From contig OX597814.1 in NCBI GenBank assembly GCA_951406725.2, positions 93,434,001 to 93,498,000 on the forward strand: DNA of 64,000 nt. Direction: 5' to 3'. The position numbers and the translations under genes were made by a program. Source of the DNA: Octopus vulgaris. Taxonomy: Eukaryota. Numbering within the stretch: the stretch's first letter is position 1; every line of letters starts with the position of its first letter. The notes under the pieces are model-generated. The model saw only the letters and a list, made by a program, of their open reading frames with translations. It was not told where the DNA came from and did no database searches. This document shows, piece by piece, positions 38,999 to 53,019 of the stretch.

Positions 38999-41394
38999 TC
39001 ACACACACACACACATACACTAAGAAAAAAGCATATATATATATATAATACACACGAGTGACTTCTGTAGTTTCTATGCACCAAATTCCACGCACAAGTT
39101 ATTAATCAATTCGAAATGAATCGTACAATAGAAAACATTTGCCTAAGATACAATGTACGGGAGTTGAACCCGGTTCCACGTAAACGCCGAACAAATTTCT
39201 TAACCACACTGCTATGCCTGCACCTATATAAATATGTTTATCTTGCAATTTCTTACCCACCAAACCATCCTCCCTCCATCTGCCTGTTTACAGCGACAGG
39301 AAAAAGCAAAAAACAAACTTGAGATGTGAGTAGAGTATGTCAATATAACCTGCTAGGAAATAAACATAAGACCGCCAAGTGACTGGAAGCGTTTTCGATC
39401 AATGCATTAGTAACTGAGTAACTTGGTGTGATGTGAATACATTATTGAATTTAGCAATGTTTATAGAGTCTTTTCTGCTTGATAAATATACTCTGGCCAT
39501 TTCGAGCTTCGTTATTAATCAAAGATTTAAAGGGCGGCTTTGTTTTTTAAACCGTAACGTCTTGTGCAATATTTTTTCTGGATATTTTTCTCTTTCTTTT
39601 GCAGAGCTTCGTATATTTTATTAATAATTTATGAAATAATTGAAGTATTCGTTATAAGTAGGTTGCAGTTTGTTACAGTATGGCTTTTTTATGGTTTTTT
39701 AAATGTTTTCAAATAACAATATACTGTCTACCAGTTGCTTCTCATTGCGTTTATATAAATAACTATTAAATTAAGTAGTCCTAAAGAGGAACGTCTACGT
39801 GGGGAACTTATACCACTGAACCTTTTGAAAAAATCAGTGAAAGTTCCATCAAATTAAACTGAAAGACCGATATTTTTCTTACCTTACATTCCTCTTTTCT
39901 TTTCTGAACAACAACCATGACAAGAAATGTCCAAGAATATTATTCGATGTCTTGAAGATATTCGCCTCACAGCTACATTTTCGTTAATATTTTTATTCCT
40001 TCAATTTTTTTAATGTTTGTTTTCTTATTATTGTTGGTGTTTTTGTTGTACTTAGACTCGTTTTAGTAGTAGCAATTATACTGAAAAATTTCACGAATTC
40101 TAAAGGCAATCACTTCGCTAAATTAATAAACGGCTCAGCCATCTACGCTGGAATAGAAAGCATAAGACAGAACGATTGACAAGAAGAGAAAGGCAGAAGA
40201 GAAACAAAGAGTGAGAGAGGGCAAAGGAATAGGAATGAAAGAGGGAATGATAGGAATCTGGTTCAATGACAATTTTATTTATGAGGCAGCTGACTCATGA
40301 TCGCTCAGCTTTCTGAAAAGTGTAATCGAATTTCTCATCAATCACAATATATCATCTAAAACAAAGCTATAATGGACATATTCAAAGCGAAAGAAAAGGT
40401 ACCCATTACATTGGGTAGTGTTCATATTTATAAGAATCATACAGTACCACTCACGAACGCTTTTAAGGGGCATTGCTATCAGCATCACTATTCTTTTAGA
40501 CTAAAGAACATAGAAAATTCCACATCCTTTTTTTATAAGGAAACTCGTGGGCCAAAGATCCATTATTCTTCAGTAGCATGGCAAAATTTCGATAGAGCTA
40601 ACCATATTTCATAGAACCATGAAGTTATGGGATTTGCCTAACTGAGAAATTTCAGATATTGAAATAATCATAAATTTCTCACAGCAGAAGATCCGAGATA
40701 ATGCCTAACTGCCGTTATCAGAGGTCGCTTCCCATAGAAAATTCCCAAGTATGTGAAGATGATAGATCAAACAAAACAGACTGATAGGAACCAAATGTTT
40801 AGTCAGAGGGAGTAGCCTTCCTCTTCAATTGAATGCATGCCTTGACTCTATAGTTTCCTGTATCTCATAGTAGTCCAGTCATCTTTCTCGTTTGCAATAG
40901 TGCCAATCATTCGAGACACTTTGATCGATAGGAATAACTTAACTATTACTCTGTGAATATAACATCTCTGCCGTTCATTCACGAGATTGTCTGATTGTTC
41001 ATACATGTGATTCACGAGTGTAACTAACGAGATACCGAAAAACAAAATAAAAACAAAAACGTATTTCAACGAGAGTAGATTATAATCAAATTATTTCAGC
41101 TGATCCAGCTGATTGTTAATCTGGAGTTTTCTATAAGGAAGTTCAATTCACCGGAGAACAAAAATAATTCATCTGACAGCATTAGAATACGGAAGGTGTC
41201 GAAATTGTGTTGATATTTAGCCAGTACCTGATGAGGGATTGAGCATTTCTGTTTTCAATGCGAGTGTGATTTTTCCTGTTTTTCTATGTGTTCCTTTGTC
41301 GACCTTTTGTCTACATTTTAATAATAATAATGATGATGATGATAATAATAATAATAATAATAATGATATCTATATACATGTATATATATATGTC

Positions 41395-41433
<39 letters not shown>

Positions 41434-41440
41434 GCACGTA

Positions 41441-41477
<37 letters not shown>

Positions 41478-41480
<3 letters not shown>

Positions 41481-41844
41481 AAGGTATAATTCAAATTAAT
41501 AATAAAAGGGTAAAATTAATCAATTAAATTAATTGATTAATCAATCAATTAATTAATAATTTTACCAAGTAGATCGGTACGTTAAAATAACCTTTATAGG
41601 TTAAATTATACAAATATTCTGTAATTATAAACATAATTATAATTAGGGGTCAGTTAATTGCTTCAACCGCATATCGAATTTAGAAATAGGAGTTAAAAAA
41701 ATTCCTTTACAACTGTTACTCTCGTGGAGATTCGTACAGTAGTAGAAAAGGTATCTTAAACTCCTATTTCTAAATACGGTATGTGTCGTGAAGCAATTAG
41801 CTGACCCCTAATTATAATTATGTTTATAATGATAGAATATTTGT

Positions 41845-41852
<8 letters not shown>
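41478..41852. repeat. Fold-back unit in (TA)n, about 115-bp imperfect arms
   Basis: TACAAATATTCT..ATTATAAACATAATTATAATTAGGGGTCAG..TTTAGAAATAGGAGTT (from 41609) is inverted out to 41845. (TA)n lies on both sides. Confidence 0.85.
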
Positions 41853-41915
<63 letters not shown>

Positions 41916-42157
41916 TATATATACATACATATCTGTGTGCGTATAAAGATCTCAACTTGAAGCCATCCTCCAATTTTCCCGCTGAAGAGTATTAACACCG
42001 AAATATAGGATTATAAGGTAAAGTGAAAGCTGTCGTTTTCTCTTCATCATTTCTCTTTTTACGTTTATATTTGAATTTTTTATATTGTTTTTTTTTTTTG
42101 TTTAAACAATTTCAATTTTAGCCTTAAATTTCTTACAATGCTGCATCCAAACTCTAC

Positions 42158-42197
<40 letters not shown>

Positions 42198-42389
42198 TAC
42201 ACACACACACACACATTAATATATATGTCACAAGCCAGTGCCTGATGTTAGTGCTACATTACAAACTGGCCTTCCTGGATTAAGACCCAGTTCATTGGTA
42301 AGGCGAACCCTTTGCTGCTGTTAAGACTTTTCAGTTGAGTGGATTGGAGCAAGTATGAAGTATAGTCATTAGTCACAAAAACAGTCATC

Positions 42390-42695
42390 TGATCCAGTAC
42401 TTATTCTATCGCTCTTTTTTGCCGAACTACTAGATTACATGGACGCAAATATATCAGCATTGGTTGTCAAGCGATGGCGAGAGGCAAACACAAACACAGA
42501 CACACACGCACATAAATATATACACATATATACGACGGAATTCTTTCATTTTCCATCTACCAAATCCACTCACAAGGCTTTGGTCGGCCTGAGGCATAGT
42601 AGAAGACACTTGTCCAAGGTGCCACACTGCGGAATTGAACCTAGAGCCATATGCTTTGGAAGCAAGCCTCTTACCATACAGCCACGCGGGCGCCT
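42390..42695 (-). mobile_element. SINE family B
   Basis: CAGTACTTATTCTATC..CCAAATCCACTCACAAGGCTTTGGTCGGCC. Confidence 0.8.
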
Positions 42696-42717
42696 ATATA
42701 AATAGATATAAAATCGA

Positions 42718-43567
42718 CAAGTCTTGCGAAACACAGCTACCCAATGTTTCCTGGTCGAAATAATAATTTATTTCAACATTTATCAAGCTGATAAAACCAA
42801 CAAAACAGTTTGTCAGCTGCATCCGATGCAGTTGACGTTTGGCTGAGAACGCTCATTTATAAAAAGACCAAGAAAAGCAGAGAGTATAAACACAGAGTGT
42901 GATAGCCAACGTTACAACACATTGGTTTTAAATTTTTGGCACAAGAACAGTAATTTTAGAGGTTGGTTTAAGTCATTTACATCCACCCCAGTGCTCAACT
43001 GGCACTTATTTTAATCGGCCTCAATGTCGGTGGAATTTGAACTCAGAGCGTAAAGACGGACAAAATGCCGCTAAGAACTTTCGACGGCGTGCTAACGATT
43101 TTGCCAGCTCGGCACCTTAACTTTAGAACGCATATTACATATATAAAAACTACGTAAACAAGATCGGAATGGTTTAAGATGTTCCCAGTGATCTATTTTT
43201 AATTTCCGCTAAGATTTATTTTTTAAAATGCAGATATAAAGAAAACATTTCGTTCCTGGAATGTCCGCATTATCAAAAATTATATCTTAGCGGAAATTAA
43301 AGATAGGCCACTATATACATCTTAAAAACCGTTCCAACCTGGTTTACGTAATTTCTATATACGTAGTATTTGTTGTAACGTTGGTTATCTCCCCTGTGGT
43401 TTCCTCTCTGCGCTTCTTTCTGTGTATTTCTATACAAGTGTTCTCATTCAAACGTCAACTGAATGCAGCTGAAAAACCGTCTGGTTGCTTTCATCAAGTT
43501 GGTAAATGTCGAAATAAATTAATATTTCGACCAGGAAATCCCGGGTGGCTGCATATCATAAGACTTG
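42718..43567. mobile_element. Large palindromic (foldback/MITE-like) element interrupted by a SINE
   Basis: Left arm 42718-42920 plus about 43130-43240 is the imperfect reverse complement of about 43260-43567 (e.g. TTTCCTGGTCGAAATA, CCAACGTTACAACA, TTTAATTTCCGCTAAGAT). Confidence 0.8.
42924..43118 (-). mobile_element. SINE family A
   Basis: GGAATTTGAACTCAGAGCGTAAAGACGG..GTGCTAACGATTTTGCCAGCTCG. Confidence 0.85.
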
Positions 43568-43640
43568 AGGATTTCATTATAATAATATCTTTAGTGTCTT
43601 AGCTGATCGAGTGCAATTCTACTTTTTAAAGACTTATATA

Positions 43641-44936
43641 TTGGGTCATCCCATAAATAATGCGGTTTTTTCAAATGCATGAACTAAAAGTCGGAGGGGG
43701 CGGGATAAACTACCTGCATTAACTTGCTATAAAAGCAGCTATCAATTTTAACTTAATCTTATTCATAGTGCAAGATTTGAAGAGTGCAGTTCGACTTTAG
43801 CAGTTACTTTTTCAAGCTATAGTGGAAGTGACAAAGGAGTATATTCGGCATATTTTGCTTTAGGAGTTCAATCAAGGCAACAACGCAACGGAAAGGGTGA
43901 CGAATATTAATGCAGTATATTGGGATCGAAGAATAAGCTTAATCCTGTGTCAATGGTGATGCCAGAAATTCCGAGCCAGAAACTACAGCCTAGAAGACGA
44001 GCCTTGTCCTGGAAGAGCTGTAGAGCTCAACGAGGACGTCCTTAAAACCTCAGAGGAACAAAATCCCATCATAACTGTTAGGAACTAGCAGAGAATCTTG
44101 GATTTGGTCATTCAGCCGTTCCTCAACACCTGCGTGCCATCGAAAAGTCAGCAAATTGGGTCAATGGGTTCCTCACAAACTTACCGAGTCTAATCGCGCA
44201 TAGAGAGAGAATGTGTGTTCTTCATTGCTGCCCAGTCTCATGAAGGAACCTTTTCAGGACCGAATAATGACCAGTGGCGAGTAATGGGTTCTCTATAAAA
44301 ATACCTAGAGCCAATGACAGAGGGTAGGGAAAGGAGAAACACCGGCACCCCAGGGTAAAGAAGGTCTTCATGCACATAAGGTGTTGTTATCTGTTTGGTG
44401 AGATATGAAATGTTTAGTCCACTTTGAACTTTTAAACCCAAAACAAACGATAACAAAGATCTACTGCGAGCAGCTTGAGTGTCTGAAGTTAGCGCTAGAA
44501 GAAAAACTACCATCTTTGGTTTCAAGACGAAATGTGTTCTTCCATCAGGATAATATTCGGCCACAAAAAGCGAGGATGACATTCCAAGGGCTTGAGCAGT
44601 TTGAATGGAAAACGATGCTCCATCCAACTTATTAGCCTGACGTTTTGCCACAACTTATTTGCCACATTTGATTATAATTTATTCCGCAGTCTTCAAAATC
44701 CTTTGGACGGAAAAATATGAATTCTGTAGACGAGGTCAGAAGAATACTGGAGGAATATTTTTCGTCACAGACAAATGAATTTTGGAAGAGGGGCCTTACA
44801 AATTTAACACATAGATAGAAGAGCTTTATAGAAAATGAAGAAGAGTATACTTTAGATTTAAAAAAGAACTTTGTTCATCTTAATTTTGAAAAATAAAATA
44901 AGTATAAAAAGCTGCATTATTTATGGGATGTCTCAA
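43641..44936 (+). mobile_element. Full-length mariner element (about 1.3 kb) with transposase pseudogene
   Basis: Terminal inverted repeats TTGGGTCATCCCATAAATAATGCGGTTTTT and AAAAAGCTGCATTATTTATGGGATGTCTCAA with TA on both sides. Peptides IRHILL, LEDEPCPGR, LGQWVPHKL, FFHQDNIRPQ, LHPTY*PD, DYNLFRSLQ; multiple stops and frameshifts. Confidence 0.95.
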
Positions 44937-45384
44937 TACTAGAAATGCATCCCAGGGTTTCCCGGGAGTTATGACCTACAGCCACGTTCCTTTCTTATGG
45001 GCAGAATTGGCACACGAGGAGTATGAAGCAAACAACTCTTCCTTATAAACATGCGTTTTGGTCATTTCCTGATGAACAACGCTGCAGTTTCCGTCTACCA
45101 AATCCAGTCACAATCTGTGGTTGCCTCGGTCTATAGTAGAAAACACTTGCCCAATGTATCATGCAGAAGGACTGAACATGGAACCATGTATTTCAGAAGA
45201 AAACTTCTCAACCAAACAGTCATTCTTGAGTCTAATATGTGTGCGTGTGTTTACATTTGTTGGTAAATCAAGTGTTGTGTCCCACTATGTCTCCAAGTTT
45301 GCAGTTCATCAAGCAGAGATCTATAAAATAAATGCCAAATTGAAATACGTACTCGATTCATTAATAACATGCACAAAGTATGGT

Positions 45385-46288
45385 TTTCAACTTCAATTCC
45401 CACCATCCATACAGTGTAAAGAGCGGGATTGCTCAGTGCCTAAAACATCGAGCAATGAATATAAGTAGCAATCGTGATACACACCATGAGGAAATGATCA
45501 AGCTCAATAACAATCTATTAAGCAACAAATATCCCCAAAAGCATACTCTCCACTCCAATTATGAAGAAAAGAAAGGATAAAACCAATAAACTGTCCACAG
45601 TCTGTCTACCCTATGTGAAAGGCCTCTCCGAAAAGATACAAAAGATATGCGTCCCATATGACATCAGGACAGTATTTAAGAGTTATACAACACTTCGCAA
45701 TATCTCCTTATAGTAAGGCCACCAATAGAAGAGAATACGACCAAAAACTGAGTGTACTCCATCCCATGCAGCTGTGGTAGGTTAATCAAAGGCGAAACAT
45801 GCCGCCCTAAAACAAGGGGAGAAGAACATCGCAAAGCTGTGACACGAGGAGATATTGATAAATCAGGTATAGCTGATCATGTATGGAAAAATAGAGAACA
45901 TCTCCTCCTGTGGGACGAAGTTAAAATAATAGACAGAGAACACCACTGGAAAATACGAAAACTAAAAGAAACTATGATACAACAACCTCCTGAGCAGACC
46001 GAGTGCAGATATGAATAACATATGAGAACCGGTATAGGAGAATGTTAGATTTATAAGCCCTAAAATTCATTCCCCACGGGCATATGGTGTAGTGGTCAAG
46101 AGCGCGGGCTACTAACCCCAAGATTCCGAGCACGGTTCCAGGTACTGACCTGAATAATAATTATAATAATATCATCGAAAAATACCTTGGGAATGAGAAC
46201 CCAGGTTCGAAATTTCCCCAAGACACCTGATGAAACAAAACAAGATGTGGACAAATATCCGTGAAATGTAAATAAACTAAATAATGTC
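45385..46288 (+). mobile_element. Penelope/Poseidon-like element 3' fragment (RT thumb, GIY-YIG, 3' UTR)
   Basis: NFNSHHPYSVKSGIAQCLKHRAMNISS; VCLPYVKGLSEKIQKIC; VYSIPCSCGRLIKGETCRP.TRGEEH..SGIADHVW..WDEVKIIDREHHWKIRKLKE. Isolated CTGATGA at 46227-46233. Confidence 0.88.
46078..46150 (+). other. tRNA-like sequence downstream of the PLE ORF
   Basis: A-box-like TGGTGTAGTGG, anticodon-like arm GGG-CTACTAA-CCC, decayed B box GCACGGTTCC. No intact acceptor stem. Confidence 0.6.
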
Positions 46289-46593
46289 AGTATGATAAAT
46301 CGAATTTATCATGGCGACATTCGAAAGACTAAACCGAGTAAAATATTGTTTAAAGACTTAATATCTTCAAGTTTAAGGTAATGGATTACTAATCACAAGA
46401 TAATGAGTTCAAAACTTCGTATTGAACTTCCACTCTAAACGATAACAGTATATATACATCTCAGTCTACTTAACTTCCAATACTTAACAATTGTAATTTG
46501 AAGTTGAATGGTTAGTAGTAAGAAAGATGTCCAGATTTCTTTAAAAATTATTGTGCAAAGACTTCTGAGAAAAAAGTAGTTTTTCACTACAAC

Positions 46594-46666
<73 letters not shown>

Positions 46667-46915
46667 AAGTGTGTCTGTGGCAACTTGAGCTACTACAAAT
46701 AACAGCCAAATCTCTCTTAAAACACACCCTTTCATCAAAAGAAAAGCATAGATTTACAGTATTTCGGGAAGAAAAAAAAACTATACTGGGGTCTCCTACA
46801 TCAGAGGCAACTCTGGGCTACACAAAACCCAAACATATTTCACATTAAAATATTATCTTCTAAATAATACTAAGAAAGTTGACGATATATCTTCAAAGTT
46901 TTATTGCCTGGTAAA

Positions 46916-47276
<361 letters not shown>

Positions 47277-47807
47277 TATATGTATATATGTAGGTATGAA
47301 TGTGTGTGTGTGTGATTTACTTTCTCTTCTTTTTGTTCTCACTTCTCTACCATAATACTGCAACACAAAATGGCGTACCTAGCGGTTTACTTACGTCTGA
47401 CATGTTGATATGCATTGATTCTTAAAGAATCCTAACTAATCTATATACATATATAGGCATACATGGGTCTGTGCATGCGTGCGTGCGTGCGTGCGTGTGT
47501 ATGTGTGTGTATGTGTGTGTGTGTGCAAATCTGTGTGTTTCTCATAGTGTGCATGCATATATGGCGTCCGTTGCTGTAGTGATGGCAGTGAAGTTGTATA
47601 GCATATCCGTTTCCGGATGCAGCTTAATATGGTTCTGTTTAGAGTGGTTTTCCCGTCGGTTTTCTCCATTCAGGCATGAAGTATATGAATCTAATTGTTC
47701 TGGAAAATATTAGTGATGATTGATAGATTTGTAAACAAGGAATCGAAGATGAACGAAGACGAGATTTCCAGGGAGCTTGCCTACTCTCACTTAGGGCTCA
47801 TAATACT

Positions 47808-47849
<42 letters not shown>

Positions 47850-47984
47850 CATACATACATACATACATATATACATAGATGCATACATACATACATACAT
47901 ACATACATACATACATACATACATACATACATACATACATACATACATACATACATACATACGTACGTTCGTACATATATTCTT

Positions 47985-48402
47985 TTGATCTTTTATTCTT
48001 TTACTTGTTTCTGCGGCCATGCTGGAGTACCGTCTTAAACGGTTTTTAATCGAAGAAATTGACTCGAAAATTTATTCTTTGTAAAGCTAGTACTTACTCT
48101 ATCAGTCTCCTTTGTTGAACAGGTAAGTTACAGGGACATAAACATTAGAACGTATGTTGTCAAGCGATGGTGGGGTGGGAGCAAACATAGACGTACGTAA
48201 ATATATGCACATATATATATATATATATATATACATACACTACGGGCTTCTTTCAGTTTCCGTCTACCAAATCCACTCATAAGGGTTTGGTCGGCCCGAG
48301 GCTATAGCAAAAGACGATTGCCCAAGGTGACACGCAATGAGACTGAACTTGGAATCATGTAGTTGGGAAGCACACTTCTTACCACACAGCTACGTTTGCG
48401 CC
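47985..48402 (-). mobile_element. SINE family B
   Basis: Full body, reverse complement of the 60938-61332 type. Confidence 0.88.
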
Positions 48403-48414
48403 TGTATGTGTGTT

Positions 48415-48576
48415 GGCGCAGGAGTGGCTGTATAGTAAGTAGCTTGCTTACCAACCCCATGGCTCTGGGTTCAGTCCTACTGTGTGGCACCTTGGGCAAG
48501 TGTTTTCTACTATAGCCTCGGGCCGGCCAAAGCCTCGTGAGTGGATTTGGTAGACGGAAACTGAAAGAAGCCCGTC

Positions 48577-48577
<1 letters not shown>
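48415..48577 (+). mobile_element. SINE family B 5' half, head-to-head with the previous copy
   Basis: GGCGCAGGAGTGGCTG..GAAAGAAGCCCGTCG, then (TA)n. Confidence 0.88.
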
Positions 48578-48634
<57 letters not shown>

Positions 48635-48945
48635 GAAAAATACAAACTGGGACAAGAACGTAAAAACATTTAGAAGACGATACAAAAAACACGGACGGGA
48701 CATTCGAAGCCTTCAATCTTCAGTCAAGAACCGGATCATCCTAGCAATTTCGGCTGATTAATCTTGAGATCGCTCCGATCCGACCAGCCCCAAGGAAAAA
48801 CTAAACTGCGAGCATTAGATTTCTTGGAAAAAAAGATCGAATGTATACGAAACAGGGACAGAAAAACGGACGATGCCACACGAATATAAAATAAAATATA
48901 TATATATGTATATATATGTATGTGTGTGAGTGTGTGTATATATAT

Positions 48946-49258
48946 GTAAGGAAAATAAGACAATGTAGAAAATGCTGAAATAATTGTATCATGAGGAACA
49001 TTTTAGTACCGGTTCCAGCCTTTGCGACTTTTTCAACTTCGAGTAAAGCATGAAAAACAATTCAATTATGGAAACATAAAATGAAATGTTAAAAAAAATA
49101 TTTCCATATTGCAAGGGATATTTTCCTTTTTTCTGCCTGTCTCTGTCTCTCTTTTTCACTCTTGTGAGTTTTAGTTAGTGGGTAGCATGTAGTAGTAGTT
49201 TGATGATATGAACTCGTGCTTTTGACTAAGCAGCAGTAGTAATTGAGAAAGGCGGCGG

Positions 49259-49325
<67 letters not shown>

Positions 49326-49822
49326 GAAGAAGAATAAGAAGAATGTGTGAGTGGTATGACAATAGTAGGATGTTGGTGGAATCCACTTAAATGGTCAAGT
49401 GACCTAAAATTGACTATTGGTTTTAATAGTAGTGATTGAAATTGTTCTGAATAAATTCATGGGTAGCGCCTGTTCTGAATATATCGTTTTTAATATTTGC
49501 GTGGGTATTATTTTAAGGCCCTTGTAATAGTGGTGGACGCATTCAAAAAGGGTTTATGTTTTGTGATAAAATATGACTCTTTACTAATGCGCTGAGTAAA
49601 GGTTGCATCGTCCCTGAATTGATAGAAGGGAAAAATTCTGAAGTTGAGTTGTTTGTTATTGTGGCAAATGTCGATGTGTTCGCTGAATGCTATTTTTCTG
49701 CATTTTCGAATTTTGATCTGGGATCTATGTATAACCATCCTTTGACGTAGACTGTATTTGGTTTGGCCTATGTATTGCTCTTGATACCCAGAACAAGTTA
49801 ATACAAATATCAGGATCTCCGA
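48946..49822 (-). mobile_element. Penelope-like (Neptune-like) element 3' fragment bounded by TA-rich microsatellite
   Basis: 49820-49508 reads LIFVLTCSGYQEQYIGQTKYSLRQRMVIHRSQI..FSEHIDIC..FRIFPF..RISKESYFITKHKPFLN, a GIY-YIG endonuclease C-terminus. The 3' UTR has a degenerate HHR and ends at TA/TG repeats. Confidence 0.85.
49005..49038 (-). ncRNA. Degenerate minimal hammerhead motif in the PLE 3' region
   Basis: Minus strand AG TTGAAAA AGTC-GCAAA-GGCT GGAA CCGG TA CT. Stem II and the palindromic CCGG loop are present, with three core substitutions. Confidence 0.45.
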
Positions 49823-49829
49823 ATATATG

Positions 49830-49879
<50 letters not shown>

Positions 49880-49914
49880 TGTGTGTTTGTGTGTATATTC
49901 ATATGCAAACAAAA

Positions 49915-49951
<37 letters not shown>

Positions 49952-50954
49952 GTTTATACACACACATTCACATACACACATACACACACATACATATACA
50001 AACATATGCATACACTCATCACCTCCTGATTTCTTGGCGATATAGAGTTATTTAAAACACAGAAAGCTCTCTTACGGGGACGTTAGTATCGTCGAAATCG
50101 ATAAATAATGAATGATAAGCAGAGTCGGGTTTCTCCAAATATATAAATAGATAAATAAATAAATGAATGAAAATAAATAAATAAATAAATGATGTGCTGC
50201 TGTTGCCGACATTTACATAATTAACCAGACATCTTGATCACGACTAAAACGTAAGCTGCATCAGCTTTTCTTATTTATATCACTCTAAGAAACAGAAAAA
50301 AAACAAAAACAACAAAAACGAAGACAAGGATTTGAAGGAAGGAAATCTTCATGGATGCAAGGAAATACACACACACACACAAACGCAAAATTATATATAT
50401 GCGTGTGAATATATATATATATATATATAGGCTCATATGTATACCGTTAACTTTCTATCTCTCCTCCCTATATATATATATATATATACATATATATACA
50501 TATATAAATATATGTATATGTATGTATATATGTATATGTATGTATATATGTATGTGTGCATATATATGTATGTGTGCATATATATATATGTGTGTGTGTG
50601 TGCGTGTGTGTGTTCGGGTATCGCTCGGTAACTTCTTGCTTCATAACGTCAGCTAAATAGTATATTATTCATACGTTAATACTCCACGCAACAGCAATCT
50701 CTTTACCTTTCATTAGTTTTTTTTTCTCTTTTCTTTGTCTTGCTGACAACCATGCATTCTTTCGTGTACACAAAAACAAATAACTGGATCATAAACACAA
50801 GCACTGAAGCATGAACAAATATATATAAGCAGGCACAGATGCACACCTACGCACACACATTCGCATTACATATGCATATGCAAAAACTCGTCCTTTTACG
50901 CTTATAAATGCATGCAATACAAACACACCTGCAAACACACATATATATACATAC

Positions 50955-50995
<41 letters not shown>

Positions 50996-51005
50996 CATGT
51001 GTGTG

Positions 51006-51081
<76 letters not shown>

Positions 51082-51924
51082 TAGTATTAATTTATTAACG
51101 AAGGTTAGAAAAAGATCTCGACACGGTAGTATATAAAATGGCTCATTTATGTTGCTTCTTCATATTCGTCTGAATCCCACCGGTTTCATCACGGTTTCTT
51201 GACCACTGTGGAAGCCCCACTATGTTTTAATGATTCAAGCGATATGTTTTGTGGCTCTTGGTGCAAAAAGCATGCATTTTTGTACAGAGAAAGACACCAA
51301 AAAATGGCAGACAGATATCCACATATTCTTCTATATATGTGTGTGTATGCGCGTGTATATGTGTGTATGTGCACTTTTGAACGCACATATGTATACATAT
51401 ACATATTATTTTATCGTGTAAGTAAAGAGAGGAGAGAAGCCCTGGTGACTATTTGCAGACCTTCATTGTCTGGTGTTAGAGAATGAGAAAGAAGTTATCC
51501 TCAGATTGGAGACCAGTCTAGAATGCTTGTAAGAGATTAGACATCGCTAAGAGAACTCTGGGACCATGTGGTGGTGATAAACTGAGCAACAGATTACTTA
51601 AAACACCGCAGTAGGTCAAGGCGGGATTTGAACTTAAAACTAGAACAAATACCTGAAGATAATTTGTCCGACACAGAAATTCAGATTTTCACTTGTATCA
51701 ATTGTGCCAGTCTTACCAGTTACGGAAGGCTTGTGAATGTCATGTGCACTAATTGCTTTTCCAGACAGGCTGAGCCTATTAAAAAAAAATTAAACGCAGA
51801 ATGAACCATAAAAAACTGAGCTGAACTGTTATATATAACAGAAAAAGTTCTTAACCTGCGATCGAAACTAGGTTCATTAACTGAACTCATTGCTAGTTTA
51901 TGTCTCGCAAGAATAAAAAGATAT

Positions 51925-51959
<35 letters not shown>

Positions 51960-53019
51960 CTGACTGACTGATTGATTAATTGATTTATATAACCTGGAAT
52001 TAAATTCCAGCAACAATTAAATGTACAAGCCAACATGCCAGCTGGAAGAATATTTCATTCAGGCTTAGCGCTACCAAGTACAAGATTACATATGTGTCTG
52101 TGTGCGCGTGTATGTGTGAGTGTGTGTGTGTGTGTGTGTATGTGTGTATGTGTGTGATGGAAGTGCTGTCGTATCTGTAAACGTTAAGTTGTTTTAATAG
52201 CTACAAATCCGAAATACAGTGCATTCGATTGACGTCAAGGTCTTATCGAAGAAATCTTGTACTTACTTCAATTAATAGTCTGCAATTGTTCAGTGAGAAA
52301 AAGAATGGGCTATGAGATTAGCATGTGGGTGTTGCTTTCCTTGTTCATGATATGTGACGTCATTACATCAGAAGGATATTGCTTCTTGATTCTGTGGAAT
52401 TGGTGAAGTTGATGTTTATTAACGTTTAGCCATCTATAATCGTGTAAAATATTGATTTTTTTTCTTTTTAACATAGACACAATTAAAATGAAGTGCTTGC
52501 AACACGGAATCAAAACCATATCGTACGCTATTATATGCTTAAACTCTCTTTCTCTGTCTTTCCTTTCCTGCCTTGCATATTGTTTAGTCAGGAAGAGTAA
52601 GAGTAGTCTTTATCGACTTTTCAGCCACTTGTAAAGTAAGGGTAGGGCGAACAGTTGAAGTCCGTGCAAGCGACGTTCATTTTGAATTGCTGATTGTTAG
52701 AAAATAAAACAAGAAATTTCAGTCGTTGTTGTTGTTTTGACTCTTTCATCCGTTCCGATTGAGCAGTTCTAATGAGCAAAAAGCTTTCCAGCCATGAGCA
52801 TCCAGTCGTTTCACTACTGCATAGGACTTCATTCTCAATGTATTCTTGGCTCAAGTCTGATCTATGATCAAAACGTTCCAAGCAAGATTATATTAATCTC
52901 CATATTTTTTTATTTTGTTTTCTTTCTTTATAATTTTAAGTTTAAGATAGTAATTTTAGGAAGGTCTATTATTCGTAGCAGGTGAGGGCTACCGTATAGA
53001 ATTTCATTCGTTAATTCGT

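Noticed and set aside
52621-52881. Non-repetitive 86-aa minus-strand ORF as a possible host exon
   Set aside because: No recognisable domain, no convincing splice pair and no ATG start.
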